This document shows, piece after piece, positions 1 through 13,912 of a stretch of 64,000 nt of DNA (positions are counted from its first letter, which is position 1; every line of letters starts with the position of its first letter). The stretch is taken from positions 171,928,001-171,992,000 of the forward strand of contig NC_058368.1 of the NCBI RefSeq assembly GCF_018350175.1, given 5' to 3'. The notes beneath the pieces were generated by a model that searched no databases, was not told the DNA's origin, and saw nothing but the letters and a program-made list of their open reading frames with translations. This DNA comes from Felis catus (Eukaryota). The translations under genes were made by a program, and so were the position numbers.

Positions 1-43
1 GCTACCTTCATTATGACTAAATTTACATGTATTTACTTATGGA

Positions 44-45
<2 letters not shown>

Positions 46-88
<43 letters not shown>
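46..88. repeat. (TG)n microsatellite
   Basis: About 21 perfect units. Confidence 0.97.
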
Positions 89-89
<1 letters not shown>

Positions 90-134
90 CCCATGGTTGA
101 CCTATTCAAATGATGATATCCTAAGTTTTAAAAA

Positions 135-200
135 CTTTTTTAAAAACTTTTTAAAATAAGGTTATTTATTTTTGAGAGAGAGCACGAGCTGGGGAGAGGC

Positions 201-232
<32 letters not shown>

Positions 233-369
233 GGAGACACAGAATCTGAAGCAGGCAGGCTCTGAGCTGTCAGCATGGACCCTGACACAGGGCTTGAACC
301 CCCAACCTGTGAGACCATGACCTGAGCCAAAGTCGGGCGCCCAACCAACTGAGCCACCCAGGCACCCCC
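135..369 (-). mobile_element. Can-SINE
   Basis: Reverse tRNA-derived head, (GA)n and T-rich tail. Confidence 0.93.
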
Positions 370-3300
370 AAAAATGACTTTGGACTTAAAAAAGAGTTGG
401 AAAAATAGTATAGTAATTTCCTGTATACCCTTCACTCAACTTCCCAGCTTCCCATAATGTTAACATCTTACATATTCACAGTACAAGTATCAGGACTAAA
501 AAATGAACGTATTGGTACAATGTAGTTAACTATATACTTTTTTTATTTATAAAGGCTTTGTACAATATTTTAATATGTGGTAGTTCTAGTCCTTCTCTTT
601 TCATATTTTCCCTTTTTTGCTTATTTTTCCAAATGTCTAGCTACAGAAAACAAAATGAAAACAAACCTTATGTAGCATTTTTACTGGGACTGTATAAGAT
701 TTATAAATTAAGTTGGGGAAAATGACATCTTCATGATACTGAATCTTTATGTACATGAACAAGGTGTGTTTATATTTCCTCATATATGTTTTGGACTCTT
801 TGTTTAGTTTATGCCTAAGTATTTTATACTCCTAAAAATTAGAAATAGGGACCTTTCCTTCCATTTCATCTTCTCTCTGATTTCTCTTTGCACATAAAAA
901 GGAAAGATTTCTGTATGTTTTGGACTATGCTAAATACCTCAGTTACCTTATAGTAATATTTAGTTGATTCTTTGGGATATTCTAGGTATATAATTATTTC
1001 ATCTGCCAATTTTATTCCTTTTAACTTCATTACTCTAGTGCAGTGAGTAACATAGGGGTAAAAATGGGCTTCCCTGACTTTGGAAATAGATCCACTGTTT
1101 TCACATTAAATACGGTGCTGGCTTTGGGGCTGATGTCATGTTAAAGAAGAGTCCTTTTACATTGAGTATTCTCAACCAAGAACGGGCATTGTATTTGTAG
1201 AACATCTTTTCATCACCTTTGCCAGGATCATATTTTGTTTTCTGTGTAGATCTATTAGTATGTTGAATGATGTCGATTTTCTAATAGTGATTTTTATTAT
1301 AAATTTTAGATTTTCTTTCTCTTTGCTGTTAGTTTTGATTGATTACATTTTCTAGAAAATTACCTATTTAAGTTTTCAAGTTTATTTGCATACAGTTGAG
1401 CAAAGTAGTCTTTTAGGATTCTTTTGCTTTGTTCTCTTTCTGTTAGTATTTTCCTCTTATTACCACCTAAAAGTGCTAGCAAATACATATTTTTTAATAC
1501 ATCAAAACAAAACAATAAAAACAGTTTCACTGATTTAAAAAAAAAAATGATCCCAGACTTCTTACATTAGTAATAATGATAACTCCAAATTTAATTCTAA
1601 TTGAATATCTTACCAGCCTACAACTTTTCTTCCTCCTTGCGTTAATTTCTTTGGATACTTCTAAGTTTGTTTTTCAGTGAACATTTGGATAAAAGTCTGA
1701 ATAACGGTCCCGTTGCTTTCTTTTCTCTTAACCTTTCTCTTATGGGGTGAGGATCTCTCTAATGGCATCTTGACTACAGAAAAACAAATTGGGATATTTG
1801 CATACTTTCATTAAAGTGAAAGATTCTGAGGTTTTATTAATTTCATGAGCTAAATTTTCAGTTTTTTAATGTTGTTGAGTGACTTGCAATTAAGATCTGT
1901 TTGGCATATAATTCTAATGATTGTATAAAAGGTGTTCTAAAGTAAATTTATGATTTCTCAAATTTTGCATCAAGCAGTTTTAACTTAGGGAAGAATGGTT
2001 GCAACAATTTAAAAGAATACAAGGGAGTATTACTCCATGAAACATCTTCTTGTTGCTGTCAAATTATAATTGTGATTCTGGAAGGGGGAAAAGTGTTCAA
2101 ATGTTTTAATTATCCATATGAAGGGTTGAATTTTTTCCCTTCAGTAAAGAACGCTTCGTCTATGCTCATTTTGCCCATCTGGCTCTTTCTGTGATTGTGT
2201 GAGGTCTCCATGTCTTCACATACCTGTGTATACCTGTCTCTTTCCAGTGTTAGTTCCCTTTAATATTTTATTATTTTAGTGCAAAGTTGCCTGTTAAAAT
2301 GTTATTTGAAATAAAGAATTTCAGGGCTTGCATTATTAAATTCTGTCAGTTCCCCACTTCTGCTACATGGTTTTTAATATATTTTCAGACCCGCTTGTTA
2401 ATGGGATGATGTTAAGCAGATTAATGATCATACCCATGAGTTTCTCTTTCATTTTTGAGATGTCTCTGTACTTTTCAAGTGGCTGAATTACTTCTTTACC
2501 TTTTGTCCATTGGTCGCAGGACAGAAGCTTAAAACAGATTGACATTGGGTCTTTCTAAGGAAGATATGTTACATGTGTCTTTTTATAACATGTTTACATA
2601 GCACTTTTATTTTCAACCTGCCTTTTCTTACTTAATTCTAACAGTATCCCTGTAATATACGTGCTGCAGAAGAAAGCACTAACAGTATCCCTGTATTTGT
2701 GCAGATAGTAGTAGATAGCCATTTTACAAATGGTGAAAGGAATTAAAATGCAGGGACAAAGATTAAACCATGACCAAGCCTGAAATTAAGACCTGGGTCT
2801 CCAAATACAAATCTAGTTCTCATTGTTTTCAATCGTAAAGATTTTTGTCAGTGATTGCCCACCTCCCACGACTCACTTTCCTCCTCAGATGACAATGGGT
2901 TGCACCAAATATATCATTAACTCAAAGAAATGGCTATATCAGAGTCCTTTGTTTTTCCTTGTTAAGAGCCTTCCAGTTGCTGAACTCCAATATTGTCTTG
3001 ACTAGTTAGTGTTATAACCTGGCTGCCTTGATTTGTGTAGTGGATTTTATTACAGAAGCATCTTCTTATGTCAAGATCTTTAAGTATCGTTTACAGACAA
3101 ACTTTTGTAATACTTTTTAGTTCTAAAAGAATTAAGGTAGGCAGAATTTTATTTATTCTAAATTGTGTTTGGGATTAAACTAAAAAGAGAATCTGGGTCT
3201 TCTGAATTTGGTTAGTCTTAATCTAACTCTTAGCAGTCTCTAATTCTTCATACTAAGGATCTCTTACTACCTAGCTATCTTCCATATCTTTCTTTTCTTC

Positions 3301-4122
3301 CTTCTTCTTTCAAAGTGATGTAATTAATTGCCAGAGTCTACCTCACTTCTCTTTGACAATTTCTACTTCCAAAATCATCAATTTTCTTTAAATGTCTTTT
3401 GGCCTCATTCTGAGCACAGTGGGTCCAAAGACCACATATGCTATAGCATGACCTATTATATTCATCTTTTTTAATAAATGTAATAGAACTTTGTATTAGT
3501 AATTCTTATTTTTCATCTTCCTATCAAAAAGATTTGAATTCTCAATCTAGGGCTGTCCTTTGTATTCATTCTGTTAAATGGCTACCTTTTTAATGAGGCC
3601 TTCTTGAAAGTTCAGGACTAACTACTTCCCCATGGATGATACTTAAGACTGTCCTTCTATCAAAGTGACAAAATGTAATGCCTAATCTCATTAATTCACT
3701 CTGACTTTAAAGTTATGTAGCTATTGGACAAAATCCATAAATAACGTTACCAATATAAATTTCTTATCAATGCTTATACTTCATTACATAAGTTTTGCCT
3801 GTAAGACCAGTTAAAGTATCTTTGAAAACTTGAAGAAAGTCCTAACCTGACAGAAATCTCATCCACCTGTGAAAAGGCAAATGTAATCAAACACTACTGA
3901 GGTTCTCTTCTATTTTATTCCTCCTTGTCTTCAGCTAAGACTCCAGTGTTTCATCCTCTTAGAAAGATGCTGCTTGAACAATATTGGTTTGAAACCATTA
4001 CTGCTAATTAACACAGTTCTTATTAAATGTCTCCAGAGTTTTGTTTCTTAATCCCTTTCTTTATAAACAAGCAGCCACAATTTTTTTAGTAGTGAATTTC
4101 AAAATCCTTTTTAACCTTATAG

Positions 4123-4275
4123 GTCCAAGGGTAGCCAAGGATGGCTGCAGCTTCATATGATCAGTTGTTAAAGCAAGTTGAGGCACTGAAGATGGAGAAC
4201 TCAAATCTTCGACAAGAGCTAGAAGATAATTCCAATCATCTTACAAAACTGGAAACTGAGGCATCTAATATGAAG
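4123..4275 (+). CDS. APC: APC first coding exon (18-nt leader 4123-4140, ATG at 4141; codons 1-45)
   Basis: ttatag|GTCC acceptor and AAG|gtatca donor; translates MAAASYDQLLKQVEALKMENSNLRQELEDNSNHLTKLETEASNMK, the APC N-terminal dimerisation coiled coil. Confidence 0.99.
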
Positions 4276-6456
4276 GTATCAAGACTGTGACTTTTAATTG
4301 TAGTTTATCCATTTTTATTCAGTATTCCCTCCTGTAAACTTGGGGTTAGATACTTTGCTTACTTAAACGTGTATTTTAAGTTCAGCAGTAATATGTAAAC
4401 TCCTTCCTGCAAAAGTTAACATGTATGTTTTGACCAAAATGTATTAAATTAATCCAGCGAATCATGTAGAGAAAATAATCGTAAAACCCCAATTACTAGT
4501 TAGTTCTTAGTTGTTTTTAAGCTTAAAAATAAGAGACCAGCTTTAGCATCACTATACTGAGGCTGGGTGTTCTGTGTAATTCATAGAAACTAGTCTCACA
4601 ACTTTAGAGTGTACCTTAATTATTAAAGATAGTCTTCCTCCCCAGCTGTCCAGATTTGTCTCCACTTAAGTGCTATAGTGATAAATGATCAAGAAAAATG
4701 GAATTCCCTAATGGGAAGAGTCCAGAATTGAGAGTCAGTACCTGGTCCTATTCCTTTTTTTTTTTTTTTTGCCACAAGTCAAGTTGTATCACCTTTAGAA
4801 ACGCTTCTGGACTTAAGGTGCCTTATTTGGAAAGTACAGGCATCACACTAGCCTAGATGCTTTCCATGACTCTTTCAAGTCCTAAAATTGGTTTGCCAAA
4901 TAGCATTGAAAAGTTGTGATAACCTCCAAGAAAAGTTATAAAATACTCAGTTTGTAGTGGGGAAGATATGTTCTAATTTCAGAATAATTGAGGTTAAAAT
5001 TTTAGCTATTTTAATTTCCAGTTACTTAGGCAGATTATCATCTCACTGAACTTAATAACTTTATAAATTTGGAGATCATCAACAAAACTGTTAACCTCTT
5101 TCTCTTTTAAAAACTCTTCCTGCTTTGTGTTGTTTCTGCCTCTTGGCTATTTTAGCATCCGGGTGCCTGACCCTGTTCTTCCTATCTGACCACTACTCTT
5201 ATTCATTTCCTATTTTCTTCTAATTCTTTTTCTATGCATTTTGAGGTCTCCCTTATACTTCAAGCTTCTGTACATCGCTGAACTAGTTTGCTCCTCTCTT
5301 ACCCTTTATAGTCAAATCATAACAGTTCAACCTTTTACTCATATGTATAATTCTGTCTATCCATAAATCTTTTTTATTCTAATTACCTATTTCTGTGGCT
5401 AAAACTGTCTTCAGCAATGATAGATCTGTAAGATACCTACTTCCAGTCCTTTTGGACATAAGGTAAACTTTAAATAAACATGTTTCCTCACCACGAACTG
5501 TGACCTTAAAAACAGCCAAATCAGTTATCTAATGGGTTAAAAAAGAATAGTTTGCTATTTTAACACTGATCAACACAATATATCTAAAATTATTGTACAT
5601 GGCATGTGGTTTTAAAAGTTTGAAGATACAGAATTAAAGTTCCCTACAGGACTACTCTTTCATCTACTTTGGGAAGTATATTTTGCAAAGAACTCCTCTT
5701 GGCAGGTCTATCTAGACCTTTATAGTACATAATTTTGACATCCCTTTTAACTTTTTGCTTAAGTATTTGAGCAAATTCAGAATTAATTTTTGGGAGACAT
5801 TTTAACCTACCCTTACACCCATCTCCATGCTGAAGTGGAATGTCTCAGAGTAACAATACAAGTCAGACCCTTAAATTTCTACAGTGGAATTTCAGGTTGA
5901 CCACTTATCCATGCGGTACAATATTATACATCATGAATAATGAACGCTTAAGGTATGTCTGAATTCAACCATGAATTGATTATTACTCAGCAAGTGCTTC
6001 TGCAGACATCTTTGCAAAGACGTCCACATATTTCTTTAGGATTGGGCATATGGTATCAAAGCAGTTACAACCCTATAATGAAATTATTTATGTAACTCTC
6101 CTTAAAACGCTTTAAGCTCAAAAGCATGAACTATGACCATTTGTTTTGTCTTGGAGTATTGATTTGTGAAAAGACTCTGGGAAACACTGGCACTTCCTAC
6201 ATTGGATTAAAGTTAATCCAAAACAGTAGTTATTTATCTCAAAATCACTTATTAATTATTCTTTGGAATAGATTATATATATAATCTTGAATCATGTTTC
6301 CTGTTCATTAACCTGGTTACCCCAAAGAAAGGCAAGGTGGGTCTTCAACTAGATAATTTAAGTATTTCTGAAATTTACACGGTAGTACCATCTAGTGGCA
6401 AAAAAGAATACTATTTGCTGTTGATTACAAGGCATTGATACAGATAAGCTACAAAA

Positions 6457-6459
<3 letters not shown>

Positions 6460-6489
<30 letters not shown>
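6460..6489. repeat. (TG)n microsatellite
   Basis: About 15 units. Confidence 0.95.
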
Positions 6490-6490
<1 letters not shown>

Positions 6491-6998
6491 CAGGGAAATA
6501 TGTGTACAATAGTTAGAGAAATGTGAACCCTGACTATATATTTGAAAACATTAAAGAAAAGCTTATTTTTTAGGTATAATGATGGCATTATGGTTTAGAA
6601 AGAATCCCTGTTTAAATATATGTACTGAATTATTTATAGAAGAAATAATATGATGCCTGAGATTTGTTTTCCAAATCAGTTTGAGTCAGGGAGGGGAATA
6701 GAGGAAGTGGGTATAGATATAGATGAAACAAGATCATAAGTTTATAATTATCAAGGCAGAATGTGAGGATACATGGGAGTTTGCTATAATGTTTTCCATA
6801 CTTGTGTAGATATTTGACATTTTCTGTAAAAAAATAAAATAAAATGGCAAAATAAAATAGATATTTCATGGGATTTAGATGACCTGGGAACAGATAAATA
6901 CAGAAATTGTAGCTAAATTTAAAAGAAATTATGTACTGTATTTTTTATTCCAGGGTTAGAACTCAGTCAACTTGATTTACTTTAAAATGCTGAGCATA

Positions 6999-7182
6999 GG
7001 GGTAGCTGGGTGGCTTAGTCAGTTGAGCGTCTGACTCTTGATTTTGGCTCAGGTCATGATCCCAGGGTTGTGGGATCGAGCCCTGCATCTGGCTCCACAC
7101 AGCATGGAGCCTGCTGTCTCTTCCCTGCTCAGTTTCTGTCTCTCACTCTAAAAAAAAAAAAAATAATAGTAATTTAAAAAAT
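6999..7182 (+). mobile_element. Can-SINE
   Basis: Head ggggtagctgggtggc; TSD aaaatgctgagcata. Confidence 0.93.
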
Positions 7183-7815
7183 AAAATGCTGAGCATAGCA
7201 GCAAGATAAACATGGCCATGTAGAGATGTGAAGCCTTTAAACTGAGAGATATCATGGTATAGAAAAATTATCTGTAGGCAAATTATTAATGAACCATTTA
7301 TATCTTTGTTGTATTTTGTCAGAATGAAATTTTATAAATTGTTGTAGAACTTCAAAATCACATACATGTAGAGTATCTTATTTTCAGAGTATAAGAAAGA
7401 ATTAGAAGTAAAAACTCAGATTGACACATTTCATAACTGAATTGGAAGATTTAATTATTAAATATATTTGGTTAATGAAAAGAATATATAACTGAGATAG
7501 TGACAGAAACAGAAGTGGGTCAAGTAACAACCTCCCTGAAATGGCATAGTTGCTCATTGATAAATATTTTCTTTTCACTTGTATCACCATAGAACATTTC
7601 ACCTCTAATAAATAATCCTTTAATGTTTCCAAAATCTTAAAATGTTTTTAAAAATAATGTGTGGTTATATAATATAAATAATTTTTAAAACCAAATTTCC
7701 AAGACTTATAAATGCAAATGAGTATTCTCTCCTTCAAAATACATATTAATCGTAAAAACTGCCATTTCTCAAAACATTTTCTGAAATATTTAGAATTGCT
7801 CTGCAGTTGTGTTAC

Positions 7816-7850
<35 letters not shown>

Positions 7851-7869
7851 GTCTTTGAAATTGAGAACT

Positions 7870-10830
7870 ACTTCCGTAAGGTTGTATGCAGTACTCAGCT
7901 CCAGGCGGTCATTCCTACTCCAACAACTAAGAAACACTGGATAAAATACAAAAATCATACTTTAAAAGACCTTGGAGAACTGTGGAGTCATCAAGGGGTA
8001 TATTAACTAAAATTCATAAGAGGAAAGATCTCTTTCTAGAGCAGAGATCACTGGTGATTTTCTTCCCCATGGATATTTACCAATTCTGAATACAGACTGC
8101 TGTTAATTACTGGCATAAGCAGGACTCCATTGGAGGAAAGAAACTGTCACAACTCTTGACAAACGTGGGCAGATGTGGAGTATTGACATATAGAGGAGCT
8201 CCAAATGCATGGCTAGTTTTCCCCAATGGCATTGGCTGAGTCTTGTGAAGGATGCTGGGGATGGACTAGGAAAGCTGAATATTGGGAGGCAAAGTCCTGC
8301 TGTGAGAAGGACACATTATTTTCACACAGGAGGTCTCCTTCACAAGACATTTGCCAGATTTTTACTTTGTGGAGCAGACTAAAGACCTAAGCTCACTGCG
8401 TCCAAGGGACAGAACTTTTAGGGCTAAGGAGTCAGGTACCACCTGAGAATAAGGCTGAGCTAGAAAAGCAAAGTGAATATTCTTTAATCTTGAAATGCTT
8501 GAGAGACACAGACTTAAGGTAAGTAGGCCCTGTATCAAATATGGCTAGTTTTTCTTTTAAGATAAATGTCAGATTTGGGAGCTGTATAGGGAAGGAGGCT
8601 AAGGGCTAAGGAGACAGAAACCTATATTATTTTCAGTCTAAATTTAGGGGAGAGACACATTTACAGAACTTGGCAAATCAAATTGATGTAAATTTTGCTT
8701 GAACTGCACCTGCGGCCCATTTTTAGTTCCTGATTGAATGGAGATCAGACTCCAGTAGTGGAAAACGCAAATGCTAAGAGAAAATATGTCTTAAGTCTCT
8801 CTTGTTCTTGTATACGTAACGATTGGCATACAGTTAAAAGTTACAAGAAATGCAGGAAACGAAAATGATAAATGAAGAGAACAGATAGTTAATAGAAGCA
8901 AATCCAAAGGTGATCCAGATGTTGGAATTAGGAAAGACTTTAATGTAATTATTGTAAATGTCTTGAGAAAAAGAAAAGGTGGGTAAAGTGGATGAAAAGT
9001 CAGAAAATTTAGACAAAGAATTGTAATCTATAATTAAAAAGATATTCTAGAACTGAGAGTTTTACTAGTAACTTACTGGATTGGGCATGTAAACACAGAA
9101 TTAATGAACTAGTGAGAAGACAGAATTAGTGAACATGTAAAAAGGTCAATAGGAAATACCCAAATTAAAGCACAGAAAAATAAAAATGAATAAAAAACTA
9201 TATGTAAGAGTTATGAAGGACACAGATAGATACAGGCAAATATAATTGAAGAGGAGCCAGAAGGGGCAGGGGAAGAGAATGGAGTGAAAGTAATATTTAA
9301 AGAGATAGTTGCTGAGAATTAGTGTAAAGTTGCAAAGTTACAAAGACATGTGATAATTGATTAGACTAGTAGACTAGCAGAAATAGAGTTGAGAAAATAG
9401 CCATACATATTTGGTCACTTGATTTATGACCAAGGCATCCCTGCACTTCATTGGGGCAAGGGTGGTCTTTTCAACAAGTGGTTCAGGGGCAATTAAATAT
9501 TTGTATAAAGAAAAAAGTAAAGAGTTCAGAGCCTTACCTCTTATCATATGCAAAAATTGATTCAAGTTGGATTATAGACCTTTGTCTTTGTGAAAGACAA
9601 AATAGTGGCTTCCAGAAGGAAACATAGGGAACAGCTTCATGTTTTTAAAGTAGACAAAGATTTTGGGGCGCCTGGGTGGCTCAGTTGGTTAAGCATCTAC
9701 CTTTGGCTCCTGTCATGATCTCACGGTTCCTGAGTTTGATCCCCGCATCGGGCTCTGTGCTGACAGCTTGGAGCCTGGAGCCTGCTTCGAATTCTGTGTC
9801 TTCTTCCATCTCTGCCCCTCCCCCACTTGTGCTCTGTCTCTCTCTGTGTCTCAAAAATAAATGTAAAAAAAATTTTTTTTTAAATAATAAAGTAGGCAAA
9901 GATTTCTTAAATAGAATGACAAAGCACTAACCATAAAAGAAAAACATAATCCCTTAAAACCAAGAACTTCTGTTAATGTTTTTAGAAGAAAATATAGGAC
10001 AGTATCTTTGACGTTGGGTAGGCAAGATTTCTCAGGACACATAAAGGACTAAACAAAAAAAAGTATAAAATAGACTCCATCAAATTAAAAACTAAAATTA
10101 AAATCTTTTCAAAAAACTTCATTAAGAAAATGAAAAGGCAAGCCATGGGTTACAAGAAAATATTTACAATACATATATCTAATGAAGAACTCAGTATGGA
10201 TAAAGAATTTTTGCAAACCAGTAACCAAAAAAAAAAAAAAAAAATCCAATTTAAAGAATATGGCCAAAAGTTTGAAAAGACAATTCAAAAAGAGAGATAA
10301 ATGGCCAGTAAGCACATGAAAAGGGGTTCAACATCCCTTATCATCAGGGAAATGCAGATATCATTTCACTCCACTCAAATCACTAAAATTAAAAAGACTG
10401 GTCATGCATACAGTGGAACATCAGGATGCTCATACATTGCTGGTAGGAGTATAAAATAGTACAGCCAGGTTGGAAAACAGACAGTTCTTTTAAAGTTAAA
10501 TCCTATGACTTAGCATTTTAACTCCCAGATATGTACTCGAGAAGTGACTGCATGTGTTCACTAAAAGATACATGCAAGAATGTGCATAGTAGCATTCTTC
10601 ATAATAGCCTCCAAACAAGTAACAACCCAAATGCCCACTAGGAGGATAAAGGATAAATCCACTTGGGTTTATTCATACAATGGACTTCTGTACAGCATTG
10701 AAAAACCGTGAATTGATACATGTAATAGCATGGATGAATCTCATAAATGTTTGGTGAGCAAAAAACATGAGACACAAAAGATTATATGTTGTATGAGTCC
10801 ATTTATATGAAGTGCACAAACATGCTAAAC
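7870..10830 (+). mobile_element. Old eutherian L1 (L1M-type) fragments
   Basis: Decayed ORF1-like and ORF2-3' motifs (ggtcttttcaacaagtggt; acattgctggtaggagtataaaat; gcatggatgaatctcataaa); boundaries approximate. Confidence 0.75.
9665..9888 (+). mobile_element. Can-SINE
   Basis: ggggcgcctgggtggctcag head; TSD aaagtag(a/g)caaagattt. Confidence 0.95.
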
Positions 10831-10915
10831 TAATTGAAAGTCTCAAAACTTTTTTAAACCTTAAATTTCAACAATTTTATTTACCTCTATGGTTACAGTT
10901 TTTATCAATAGATTT

Positions 10916-11109
10916 TTTTTAATGTTTCTTTGTTTTTGAGAGAGAGTGAGCAAGTAAGGGAAGGGCAGAGAGAGAGAGAGGGAGACAGAAGCTTGGAAGC
11001 AGGCTCTGTGCTGTCAGTACAGAGCCTGATGTGGACTTGAACTCACGAACTGTGAGATCATGACCTGAGCTGTTCAGACGCTTAACCAACTAAGCCACCC
11101 AGGTGCCCC
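10916..11109 (-). mobile_element. Can-SINE
   Basis: Reverse head; TSD tcaatagattt. Confidence 0.93.
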
Positions 11110-11359
11110 TCAATAGATTTCTAACCATATGTACAGAAACTTTTTGAAATAGCTCTTGTTACAAATTGTGCATATTCAGTATTTTTAAAAATTAAGAAAT
11201 AGAGACCAGTAAAAAGATATCAAAATCATCCATTAAAAATTCTTTTTAAAATCAGATAACCTTTGACAGTGTATAGATTTTTCTCTCTGCACATTATATG
11301 CAGGCATGCATTTGATGGGATTATATTTTGCAGCATGCTTCTTAAAAATTGTATGTACT

Positions 11360-11556
11360 GGGGCACCTGAGTGGCTCAGTTGGTTAAGTGTCCGACCTCG
11401 GCTCAGGTCATGATCTTGCGGTTTTTGGGTTCAAGCCCCATGTCGAGTTCTTTGCTGACAGCTCAGAGCTTAGAGCCTGCTTTGGATTCGGTTTCTCCCT
11501 CTCTCTCTGCCCCTCCCCCGCTCACACTCTGTCTCTCTCAAAAATGAATTTTTTAA
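11360..11556 (+). mobile_element. Can-SINE
   Basis: gggcacctgagtggctcag head and CT-rich body. Confidence 0.92.
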
Positions 11557-11957
11557 AAATTGTTTTTAATTTTGTGTATCATCATAGTCTTTTCATATCA
11601 ATAGTTTTAATATCACTGTAGTTGCATAGTATTCCATTATATGGCTAATTGCCATAAGTTTAATTAATTTTTATTGTTGGATATCCAAGTTTACATGGCC
11701 TTGTAATTTGATTTTGATTTTAAGTTTTTTGCTTATTATTTTTAATTTTGAAAAGTTAGGCATATGTCCTATGATATGCCAAGGATTTCTTTTAGTTGTT
11801 GTTTTTGGACTTTTTCATCTTTATACCTTTTCTAAAAACAGTATTTTTTTAATACTCATTGTTTAAAAATTACAAAACAAAAAAAATAAAAAAATGAAAA
11901 AATTGCTTGTAATTCCAGCTTCTTAGAATACCACTGTTAACATCTTGATAATTGTTT

Positions 11958-12095
11958 TCAGCATCAGCATCACCTGGGAACTTGTTGAAAATGAGGATTT
12001 ACAGCCTGTATCCCAGGCTTCCTGAATGAGCAGTCTGTGGTGCAATAGGCTTATCAGGTGATTCTGATCCATACTGAAATTTCAGACCCACACCT
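11958..12095. mobile_element. MER5A-like hAT MITE fragment
   Basis: cagcatcagcatcacctgggaacttgtt...caggtgattctgat...gaaatttcagaccca. Confidence 0.75.
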
Positions 12096-12689
12096 GTAGA
12101 CTGTGGAGAAGAATCTTGTATGGAGGCCTGATCAGAACTATGCTTTAAAAGGCTTAGTCTGATAGTTCTATGCATGGTAGGACTACATAGGAGATTATTT
12201 AATAGTTTTGGGGAGGTTAATAACCAAGATAATGACAGTAAGAATAGAAAAGAGATGGTTCTAAGAGATACTAGAGGTTGAAGACAGAATTTGATAACCG
12301 ATTGGTGATATGAAGGAGATGATGCTAAGGACTAAGCCTAAAAGGAAGAAAAGGCCGTTTACATTTAATTAAGAGGATACAAGGTAGAGAACAGGTTGTA
12401 GTAGCTCAAAATGATAGTTCTGGACATATATATCATCCAGATATAAGGTGTCTATCAGTCAAATTGGGAAAGTGAATCTGAAGTTTGCAATTGATTAGAG
12501 ACATATGATTTGAAGTTACCTGCAGAAGGATAGTTGTTGAATTGTGAGGCTGGGGAGTATAAGAAATACTTATTAAAGGGCCATTGAAGCACTACAAGTA
12601 GTAGCCCTGGATGGAAGGAGAATCGGGATCCTGAGAAACACAGATAGCCTAGAATGATAGTTCTCAAACCTTATGGAAGGAATGGTGTC

Positions 12690-13030
12690 CTGAAGTTTAT
12701 AGCAGACATTTTAGAGTATTCATTCAAGTATCACATCACTATACACATTTGTTCCTGTCCCACAGATGTGATACATTTTGGCCTTAATAATTTGAACGTG
12801 AGTATCTATCACCTCCATGTTCCTTTCAACCACCAATGTGGTCTGTGATTTGAAGGTCAGATTGTAAGTCCACAGGCTGTTTCTTGTTAACATAGGGATT
12901 CTTTTTTTAATGTTGATAATGTCACTGTCAAGGTAAACCAGTAAAGTTGTTTTTGCTTCATTCGCTTTTTGACAGATTTCCTTTCCACTCTGTTTATGGA
13001 TCATTTTCATTTTGGAGAATATTGCCCATA
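12690..13030 (-). mobile_element. Possible ancient RTE-clade LINE fragment
   Basis: Minus-strand peptide SGKEICQKANEAKTT...IINIKKRIPML...KMYHICGTGTNVYSDVI resembles the post-RT region of RTE elements by eye only. Confidence 0.4.
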
Positions 13031-13827
13031 GTTACAAGGTCATACATGTTCAAGAACATTGTCCTGTGTTTGGAAACCTAATTGGTCAACAAGACTTTGC
13101 TGGGAACTTGAATGGAATGCCCCGGAATATGAAAAATACAATATAAATTATTAAGGAACATGCAGAAAAAATTGGTAGAAAATGAGTTTCCAGCATTCTT
13201 TGAGGAAAATTTATCAAGAGAAGAACTTAGATGGGAAAGAAATTGCTTCAAAAGTCAGGAGGCAGTAAGCAAGAATATAGTCATTTCATTATTGGGTGAA
13301 TGTAAATTAGTATGCTAGAATATATTTAAATACGGTATATAGAAACTTGAATATTTGTTAGGATGTTAAATAAGACAGCATATTATAATTGTTAATTTGG
13401 TGTTTTTCATGGTCATGTTGCAGGCTTCAGAGACATGGATTCTAAACATATAACTAGCTTTTGCAGCTTGGGCAGGACTTTTGAGTCTTGCTTGACCCAT
13501 CCAAAAAAATGAAAATAATTCACCTTGTATTGTTTTAAAAGTTAGAGATAATGTGTCTTAACTGTTCCATATAGTGTCTTGCATAGAGACTCCCCATAAT
13601 CTCCGTTATCACTCCAAATATCACTGTTGTTATTGAGATATAATTTATTATTCATCATTAATAATAGGTAATATATGTAGAGTGCTTTACAGCTTAAGAT
13701 ACATTTTCACATTGGTCTGAAATAACTTTTTTCCCTAGCCTACCTAAATGTCAGGAAACTTAGAAGCATGTCTTCAAGAAATTATTTAGAATTTTGTCAT
13801 GTTAATATATTGTGTTGTTTTTTACAG

Positions 13828-13912
13828 GAAGTACTTAAACAGCTACAAGGAAGTATTGAAGATGAAGCTATGGCTTCTTCTGGACAGATTGATTTATTAG
13901 AGCGTCTCAAAG
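13828..13912 (+). CDS. APC: APC coding exon 2 (85 nt)
   Basis: tttacag|GAA...AAAG|gtagat; EVLKQLQGSIEDEAMASSGQIDLLERLK. Confidence 0.98.

Noticed and set aside
2638..2695. 17-bp direct repeat ctaacagtatccctgta with 24-bp spacer (CRISPR-like or TSD-like)
   Set aside because: Only two copies in mammalian intron; most simply a decayed local duplication.
1..4122. APC promoter or CpG island
   Set aside because: The region is AT-rich and CpG-poor, and the first coding exon has a splice acceptor, so the promoters lie upstream of the window.
6999..7085. tRNA-like A/B boxes in SINE heads as tRNA genes
   Set aside because: Followed by the Can-SINE body, A tail and TSDs.
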